Positions 57,380 through 64,000 of a DNA stretch of 64,000 nucleotides are shown piece after piece. The translations under genes and the position numbers were made by a program. Each line of letters starts with the position of its first letter. Position 1 is the first letter of the stretch. This DNA is from a virus (taxonomy: Duplodnaviria > Caudoviricetes), in the IMG/VR virus record IMGVR_UViG_3300035698_029580, one strand, 5' to 3'. The notes below the pieces were generated by a model that had not been told where the DNA came from, made no database searches, and was given only the letters and a program-made list of their open reading frames with translations.

Positions 57380-59029
57380 TTGAATTTTAGTATAAAAAAT
57401 AAATTAGCACAGGAGCAGATAAATACTGATGACATAAATAATAAAGTTGAAGAAGAGACGTATGATACTCCTGTAATTGATGAAAATAACCTTAATGATT
57501 ATTTGGCTGATAATTTTGAAGAAGATGAAAAACAAGTTATAGTTCCAGAAGATCAAGTAGATACTATCGAAGTAGAAAGCCCAGAAGTAGTTGCTCCAGA
57601 TGAGAATTTACCGGAATTTGGAAATAATTTTGAGGCTATGAAGTGGGCTCAAGATAATCAAAAAGTTGTAAGAATTAATTACATAACGAAAAAAGGTATT
57701 GATCTATCAAGATTAGTAGAGGTTCATGGTATTATTTCTGCTAATACTGGTAATACCATAGTTGTTACATTTGATAGAACAATAGGTGAAATACGAGCAT
57801 TTATAATCGATAATATTGTAAATTATGCAATATTAGAACAAGATTTTATACCAAAATTTAAAGTGCAATCCAGAAAAAGGATAATGGCTATGAAAACAAA
57901 CTCTCTTTTACAATTAAAAACAATTGGTGATGAATTAGACTCCCTTAAATTATATAAGGGGGCTGCTGTTGTTACTGGAATGATGGAGGATATATTTAAT
58001 TATAAACAAGCTCAATATGAGGGATTTCAAGGACATTGGATAAGAAATAGTCGTTGTTTTGGCAATTGTTATCGTCAAAAAAGAGCCACTAAGAAAGAAA
58101 TGCCAGCCCAAGAAGTTTGGATGGAATGTCAAAAAGAATATGAAGTTGCTTTAAGTGGAGATACTGAAAGTTGGGATAAATATGCTGGTAAAGATAAATT
58201 TATGACCAAAACAGCAAGTAAAAATTCTCAGGAATTATTTAAAAAAGAACAAAAGGTATTTAACTCCCTTTTAAATAGAAAGATAAAAAGTGGTATGGCT
58301 TTTGAAAATGCTGTTTTTGCTTCTATTGAAGAAGGAAAAAATAGATATAACGATATGTTATTAGATGATACAACAGCATTGATGAGTATGGCTAAGAAAT
58401 TGAAAGAAAATGGACATTCTGAATTATCTCAGAAATGTGCAGAAGCTTCGGCTCAGATAATAAAAGAAGCTCAATTTTGGCAAGGAGTAGGAGATGTTGC
58501 CAGGGGAATAGGAAGAGATATTGGAAATAAGGCTAAGGATATGTGGGGTAGAGGGCAGCAGACAGTAGATAGATATAAGCAACAAGGAGATGAACGTAGA
58601 GAAATGGCATTAGCTAATAAAATTATAAATGATTTAAAACAACACCATCAACAATCAGATGTTATAAAAAATAATTATAGAAATTTAAGAAATGGAGTTG
58701 TAAGCTACTTGCAACAGCAATTGCCAGTCTTACGCCAAACTAGTAATCCTATTTCCAACAGAATTTCTATGGAAATAGAACGAAATTTACCAACAATATT
58801 ACAAAATGGTTCTGTAAAGAATTTAATTCCTGCACTAGAAGCAATTTTGAATGGCACAAATCAACCTGTCCAAACTCAACAAGGGGCAAATCAACCACCC
58901 GTAGATTTACAAAATACTTCATTTGATACCAATCAATCTCAGGGAGTTTCAAATACTTCATATGCCAATCCTTCTGCCAATGTCCAAATGAATAGACCGA
59001 GGAAGGTTTTGGAAAATACTGTATCTTAA
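57380..59029 (+). CDS. multi-domain protein with WYL-like domain, probable virion component
   Basis: VVRINY...SRLVEVHG...VVTFD...EIRAFIIDNI; several KxAQ sites. Confidence 0.6.
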   Translation: MNFSIKNKLAQEQINTDDINNKVEEETYDTPVIDENNLNDYLADNFEEDEKQVIVPEDQVDTIEVESPEVVAPDENLPEFGNNFEAMKWAQDNQKVVRINYITKKGIDLSRLVEVHGIISANTGNTIVVTFDRTIGEIRAFIIDNIVNYAILEQDFIPKFKVQSRKRIMAMKTNSLLQLKTIGDELDSLKLYKGAAVVTGMMEDIFNYKQAQYEGFQGHWIRNSRCFGNCYRQKRATKKEMPAQEVWMECQKEYEVALSGDTESWDKYAGKDKFMTKTASKNSQELFKKEQKVFNSLLNRKIKSGMAFENAVFASIEEGKNRYNDMLLDDTTALMSMAKKLKENGHSELSQKCAEASAQIIKEAQFWQGVGDVARGIGRDIGNKAKDMWGRGQQTVDRYKQQGDERREMALANKIINDLKQHHQQSDVIKNNYRNLRNGVVSYLQQQLPVLRQTSNPISNRISMEIERNLPTILQNGSVKNLIPALEAILNGTNQPVQTQQGANQPPVDLQNTSFDTNQSQGVSNTSYANPSANVQMNRPRKVLENTVS

Positions 59030-59116
59030 GTCTAATTGAGAATAAAGGAATTTACTAAGTCTTACGTAAATAAAAGAGTTATGTTTAGTTGATAGTCAAA
59101 TAAAGGAGATATTTTA

Positions 59117-59713
59117 ATGAGGTTTGTTACTAATACAATAAAAACTGGCAAGGGAAGATCTTTTGAAGATTTGGTTGCAGAAAAATATCAGGAAAAAGAA
59201 AATCTGATCAAAGCATCTGCTGCAAAGACAGATGTTAAAGTTGCTGAGGCTGATGAAGCTGATTCAAGTGGTCAGCCAGAAGCTGAAGCTAAACTCGTCA
59301 ACGAACCCAAAGTTGAAGATGACGAAAAGGTTGCCGTAAGCACAAAGAAAGAAGATGAAGGTCCAGATAGTGGACAACCTGCTGCAGAAGCAAAATTAGT
59401 TAATGTTCCTAAAAAGCCCACAGAAGCATCAGAAAAAACTGAGGAAAAAGTTGCAGAAAAAGAAGATGAAAAAGAAGATGAAAAAGAAGATGAAAAAGAA
59501 GATGAAAAAGAGGAAAAAGAAGCATCTAAAGAAGAAGAAAAAATAGAAAAGAAAGAAGAATGTGAAAAAGAGGAAGAAGAAAAGGAAGCTGCTAAACCTA
59601 ATAAATTTGTAAAAATAGCTACTCTTGATGACAAAAGTAAAAGTTGGTTACGTGAATATTGGTCAAACATATTTCCAAAAGAATATGTAGATGCCATGTT
59701 GATGGATAAATAA
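59117..59713 (+). CDS. acidic low-complexity protein (scaffold-like)
   Basis: Duplicated SGQP.AEAKLVN.PK; EKED repeats. Confidence 0.6.
   Translation: MRFVTNTIKTGKGRSFEDLVAEKYQEKENLIKASAAKTDVKVAEADEADSSGQPEAEAKLVNEPKVEDDEKVAVSTKKEDEGPDSGQPAAEAKLVNVPKKPTEASEKTEEKVAEKEDEKEDEKEDEKEDEKEEKEASKEEEKIEKKEECEKEEEEKEAAKPNKFVKIATLDDKSKSWLREYWSNIFPKEYVDAMLMDK
59459..59508 (+). repeat. 12-bp tandem repeat AAAGAAGATGAA x4
   Basis: Visible directly; encodes KEDE. Confidence 0.8.
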
Positions 59714-59737
59714 AATAGTTTAGTCTGGAGTAATCAT

Positions 59738-60448
59738 ATGGCTATCGTTCCGTCTGGTCGTTTGAAAATAATGCAGGCCCAAAATATTGGGAATTCTTCT
59801 CTATTGGGTTATGATAATTCTATGCCCTGGGGTAATAATCAACCCTCAAACGAAGAAGTTCCAGTTGATGTTCCAGGTGTTGACTCTGATACTATTCCTA
59901 CGGATCCTATAGAACAAAATCAGCCAGAAGAACAAATCCAACCAGAGATAGAAGAAAATAATTTTCCTAATTCTGGAAAAAAAAGTAACACAATAAAAGA
60001 TTTTATCTTCCAAAAGTTGCAAAAATTTGGCTGGCCTGGCAGATTATTGCAAGAATATAAAGATAATTTTGAAAATACTTCAATTGCTGCTGATGGTACC
60101 GAAGAAGTAAAGATAGAATTGGTAGATAGACATTATCCCGACATGTCTGCTATTACAAAAGACGAAATACTGCAAATTGTTTCAGAAATACAAAAGTCGT
60201 TTGGACTACATTTTAATGGAGCATCTAACAGTAATGGCAAATGGACTATTGATTTTACTTCAAGAGAAGAACGTCCTCAAGAAGATGGTAATGATGTTGG
60301 TGCTCAAAGTTATCTAGATAGTGTATATGGTAAACAACCAGGTAGTCATGAAGAAACTAAATCTGCCTTTACTTTAAATGAACTTATTTATGCCAGTAAA
60401 GATAGTATGGTAAAAAAATTGGCTACAAAATCCAAGGATATTAAATAA
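59738..60448 (+). CDS. hypothetical protein (head module)
   Basis: 236-aa ORF with SD. Confidence 0.65.
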   Translation: MAIVPSGRLKIMQAQNIGNSSLLGYDNSMPWGNNQPSNEEVPVDVPGVDSDTIPTDPIEQNQPEEQIQPEIEENNFPNSGKKSNTIKDFIFQKLQKFGWPGRLLQEYKDNFENTSIAADGTEEVKIELVDRHYPDMSAITKDEILQIVSEIQKSFGLHFNGASNSNGKWTIDFTSREERPQEDGNDVGAQSYLDSVYGKQPGSHEETKSAFTLNELIYASKDSMVKKLATKSKDIK

Positions 60449-61128
60449 TGGGACTGAAAAAAACACTTAATCAAAGTAAAATAAATTTTTTGGGGGAAAA
60501 TCCTGATTCTAATTTTTCTAAAATAGATTTTAACAAAGTTGCAGAAGAATTAAAAGTCACAGAAGCAGAAAATAATACAGAAAATAATGACGATCAACAA
60601 AAAGCTAAAAAATTAGATCATAAAAACCTGCATCTAACTTCTAGTTCTGTTTTCTCAGCTAGAACAGGAAAGATAAAAGATATTGGTGGTCCATCAAAAC
60701 AAATAAAGACAGAATCATCTAATTCTATTTGGGATAGTCAAAAATTAGCAAAACTTTTTGATACAATTGATAATAAAACTAAAACTAAACAAGATAAAGA
60801 AGCTATATCTGCTAATAAAAGAGCAGATGAACAAAATAGAATGGATGAATTAGCAGACTCTATTAAAAGTACAGAACAAAGAAATTCTTCATCAGTTGCT
60901 CCTATGTCTAATTATTCAGGTAGCAAATATAATACTCCCTCTTTAGGAATTAGTATATTTGACAAAGATAATTTTGAAAGAGTTCCAGAAAAAACAGATG
61001 GAGAAATAATGGCTCAAGAATCACAGAAAAAAAGAGCAGATAAAGATGAATCATGGAAGAAAAACAGTAAACGTTGTAATTCAAAAAAAATAGTTAATGA
61101 TTTATTTGATAGTTTAATAGGAAAATAA
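60448..61128 (+). CDS. hypothetical protein (head module)
   Basis: 226-aa ORF, TAATG coupling. Confidence 0.65.
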   Translation: MGLKKTLNQSKINFLGENPDSNFSKIDFNKVAEELKVTEAENNTENNDDQQKAKKLDHKNLHLTSSSVFSARTGKIKDIGGPSKQIKTESSNSIWDSQKLAKLFDTIDNKTKTKQDKEAISANKRADEQNRMDELADSIKSTEQRNSSSVAPMSNYSGSKYNTPSLGISIFDKDNFERVPEKTDGEIMAQESQKKRADKDESWKKNSKRCNSKKIVNDLFDSLIGK

Positions 61129-61131
61129 CAT

Positions 61132-62259
61132 ATGTATGATCCAATAATTATTAATCAAGCGATTGAATTAATAAGGCAAAGTAGAATGGAAGTTCCTCAA
61201 GATCCTGCCGCTATTATCACTTTAGCTAATGAACTTCAATCTGCGTCTCAAATAGGAGGCGAAGTAATGGATAATATACAAGATGTGGCGAATACTCAAG
61301 AACAAATTGGAATACAACAACAGGAAATAGAGAATATGGCTATAGCCAGTAAAAAATTCAATTTATCTAAATACTCTCAAGAACAACCCTTCTATATGGA
61401 CGACATAGCATTAAATGATAATTCTGAATTAGCGGGAGATCAATTAGAAACTCAAGAAGTGTCTGGACCTCCATTTTTACGAGGAGCAGATTTAGCTGAC
61501 TGGATGAACACAATGGACAGGTTCGAAACACGTAATCAAATTCTTGGTGCTATTAATGAAGAAAATCAACAAATTGTTGAAGATTTAATAGATGGTTATT
61601 ATGAGGGTTCCGATATGAATGAACAAGAAATAATTGCTACCCAATTGTTTGAAATGTTGCCTCCAGAATGGCATAAAGCTGATATGGAAGATGAATCTGC
61701 CATTATAGCTCCCTTGGTAGAAGCAGTAGAAAATACAGAAAATATAATAAAAAAATTAGCTCAAAAATATGCAAAAGAACATAAAAAAGATTCTTCATTT
61801 AATCTCACTAAAACTGCCCAACATAAAGCATTTGATACTTCAACTATTATGTATGGTCCTTCTGAAGTTCGTATAGATCCTTTTTATCGTCAACCTGTTT
61901 CTGATTATAGTGTTCTAGAAAGAAACAAAGGTTTTGGATTAGTTGTTGATGATGTTTGGGATATCGATTGGGAGACTATTTGGAGAGGTACTGTTATGGA
62001 TAAATATTCACGTCCATATCGTACCAATGATGGAAAATGGGTTGGTGGATATATAGAAAAAAGATTTGAAGTTGATAATAATGTCCCAGAAACTAATAAC
62101 TTACAATTAAAACCAGGACAAAGAAGAAGACCATATCTACCAGAATTTGCTGGAACAGAAGCTCGTCTTGAAAGTATGAGAGAAAAAGATGATAGAGGAT
62201 ATGGTCCATTTACCGAAGGAAAACCTTTTAATTGGAAAGAAGCTAAAAAAAAAACTTAA
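61132..62259 (+). CDS. putative virion protein
   Basis: FNLSKYSQ and FNLTKTAQ sites; ends in an A10 run. Confidence 0.65.
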   Translation: MYDPIIINQAIELIRQSRMEVPQDPAAIITLANELQSASQIGGEVMDNIQDVANTQEQIGIQQQEIENMAIASKKFNLSKYSQEQPFYMDDIALNDNSELAGDQLETQEVSGPPFLRGADLADWMNTMDRFETRNQILGAINEENQQIVEDLIDGYYEGSDMNEQEIIATQLFEMLPPEWHKADMEDESAIIAPLVEAVENTENIIKKLAQKYAKEHKKDSSFNLTKTAQHKAFDTSTIMYGPSEVRIDPFYRQPVSDYSVLERNKGFGLVVDDVWDIDWETIWRGTVMDKYSRPYRTNDGKWVGGYIEKRFEVDNNVPETNNLQLKPGQRRRPYLPEFAGTEARLESMREKDDRGYGPFTEGKPFNWKEAKKKT

Positions 62260-62738
62260 ATAAGGTTGCTGATTTAGCTCCATTGGAGCCTCTTCAACCT
62301 TTAAAACCCTTTAAAAGCCCTTTTGATGGTAAAGCCGTTGAAAGGGCTGTTTATTGCTCATTTTGCCATGGAAGATTAGGAAATGATCAAGCTGGACAAA
62401 ATTGTCCTCTTTGTAAAAATGGACAAGGAGTTTGGATGGAAGTTCAAAATAATTTCCCGGATTTACCTGGTAAAAAACCAAATCCATTAGGTGTTAATGA
62501 TACCGTTTATATAGATAAAAATAAACCTATACAAAATGAGGCAAATACGAAAATTGCTAAAAAAGATGAAAAAGATGAAGTAGAAAAAATAGAGATAGAA
62601 GAGGATATTCCTATGGTTAGTGATACATTTGAATCAGAGGAATTTAAACAGCTTCTTATGCCAAAACAAAAATCAGACGATGTTATAGATGAAGAGGAAA
62701 TTATAATGTCTGCAGATTCTTTAGCAATTGATGGTTAA
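62247..62738 (+). CDS. Zn-finger segment, probably a -1 frameshift extension of 61132-62259
   Basis: Frame open from the A10 run (KKNLNKVADLAPLEP...); CSFC..CPLC; only a TTG start without a well-placed SD. Confidence 0.55.
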   Translation, partial: KKNLNKVADLAPLEPLQPLKPFKSPFDGKAVERAVYCSFCHGRLGNDQAGQNCPLCKNGQGVWMEVQNNFPDLPGKKPNPLGVNDTVYIDKNKPIQNEANTKIAKKDEKDEVEKIEIEEDIPMVSDTFESEEFKQLLMPKQKSDDVIDEEEIIMSADSLAIDG

Positions 62739-62762
62739 AATAATTTTATAGGATAGTCCTGT

Positions 62763-64000
62763 ATGGCAAAAATGATATTATCAGACAAGTCTCCTAAAAA
62801 CAATAGAAGAAAAGTAGCTTCCAGTGGGGGATATACAGTTCCCACTAAAAATGATCAAAATTATGCTGGAGCACAAACCGCCAATATGCCAATCACAAAA
62901 TCGGCACAGTTCACGGGCTCTTCTGCTAATGTAGTATTTACACAACCTATGTTCTTTAGCCCAATGCATACTCCTCAAAACTGGCAAATTGCTAGTAAAC
63001 GAAGAGAGGTAATGCAATGGGCTCGTTTTTATTATGAAAATGAACCTACAATTGCTGCTGGTGTAGATTTTTACTCGGAATTTTCCATGAATGGTTTCAA
63101 ATTAGAGTGTAAGAGTAAAAAAATACTTAAATATTTTGAACGTGTAGTTGACAGAATTGCTTTACCTACTTGGTTAGATTTTATAAGTCATGAATATTTT
63201 CTTCTTGGAGATGTTTTTCCGTTTGCTGAAATAGATTGTCCTGTCTGCCACGGAACAGGTCAGCTACAAACTCCCGAAGGTATGGAAACATGTAATCATC
63301 CTGATGGAACAATTAAATCAATTAAAATAATGAACCCTGACTATATAGAAGTACAAGATAATGTACTTGCTGATGAACCAGTTATAGCTCTTATTCCTGA
63401 TGAAGAATTAAAAATGATAGTTATGAGGCAACAGCCTCAACATATTTATAATAATTTGCCCATGAGATTAATTGATCTTATTTCAGGTGGGCGTCCTATT
63501 CCTCTTTCAAATAGAAGTGTCAGTCATATAAAATATAATGCTAGTCCTTATGGGACTTATGGTACTTCACTTCTTCGTCGATGTTTCACTCCTCTTGCAT
63601 ATAAAACTAAGATAATGACGGCAAATTGGATTATTGCCGAAAGACTCATATTACCTATTAGAGTTGTAAAAATAGGAGAAGAAAAGCGTCCTGCTTCAGA
63701 AGCAGATATTGCAGATGTAGTAGATCAAATGGCAGCAGTTGCTAATGATCCGAATCTAACAATTGTTACTCATCATGCTTTTGACCTCGAGTGGTTCGGG
63801 GCAGCGGGCAAGATACATAATATAACTCCTGAATTAGAACATATTGATAAAGAATTATTAAATGGATTAATGTTAAACCAAGCTATTTTGAACGGTGAGG
63901 CAGCAGGATATAATTCGGCACAGGTTGGTATTGAAGTTCTTATTAGAAGATTAGAAAACTGGAGAAACAAATTAAAAGAATGGGTTGAAAAACATATATT
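62763..64000 (+). CDS. portal protein (partial, runs off window)
   Basis: Open frame from ATG 62763 to the end (absent from ORF track): ..RFYYENEPTIAAGVDFYSEF..YFLLGDVF..MNPDYIEV..VSHIK..YGTSLLRR.. Confidence 0.75.
   Translation, partial: MAKMILSDKSPKNNRRKVASSGGYTVPTKNDQNYAGAQTANMPITKSAQFTGSSANVVFTQPMFFSPMHTPQNWQIASKRREVMQWARFYYENEPTIAAGVDFYSEFSMNGFKLECKSKKILKYFERVVDRIALPTWLDFISHEYFLLGDVFPFAEIDCPVCHGTGQLQTPEGMETCNHPDGTIKSIKIMNPDYIEVQDNVLADEPVIALIPDEELKMIVMRQQPQHIYNNLPMRLIDLISGGRPIPLSNRSVSHIKYNASPYGTYGTSLLRRCFTPLAYKTKIMTANWIIAERLILPIRVVKIGEEKRPASEADIADVVDQMAAVANDPNLTIVTHHAFDLEWFGAAGKIHNITPELEHIDKELLNGLMLNQAILNGEAAGYNSAQVGIEVLIRRLENWRNKLKEWVEKHI

Noticed and set aside
1072-63970. Other short antisense or nested ORFs in the track (e.g. 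1072, 2501, 39862, 50700, 59272, 62781, 63773)
   Set aside because: They lie opposite well-supported genes, including the portal, and show no motifs.
1-64000. Stop-codon reassignment
   Set aside because: Conserved genes are full length and densely packed under code 11.

Overview
AT-rich, gene-dense segment of a large (jumbo-type) tailed phage genome read in genetic code 11. Phage identity rests on a terminase large subunit (46293-48209), a portal-like gene running off the right end (62763->64000), class II RNR, dUTPase, NAD-dependent ligase and a FliA/WhiG-type sigma factor. A PEP-CTERM protein and a TIGR03790-like protein point, by inference, to an exosortase-bearing diderm host such as the PVC group. 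Left to right: hypotheticals with a 313-bp IS605-type MITE that keeps an omega-RNA; ligase and pspA; a 7-gene glycosyl/methyltransferase cluster; pncA with a vWA/PP2C/kinase (TerY-P-like) triad and an embedded 159-nt tRNA-like RNA; a radical SAM enzyme followed by 9 genes sharing the N-terminus MK(I/F)R(N/Q)GFVSNSS(S/T)(S/T)(S/A)F; an opposing array of 8 genes sharing the leader MNWY(K/N); nadE and pncB; nucleotide metabolism; and a head/packaging module containing a tnpB element, a solitary type I-C CRISPR repeat and a probable -1 frameshift. The best candidates for undescribed systems are the radical SAM plus SNSSS-tag array and the MNWYK-leader cargo array. All product calls come from motif recognition by eye; no database searches were run.
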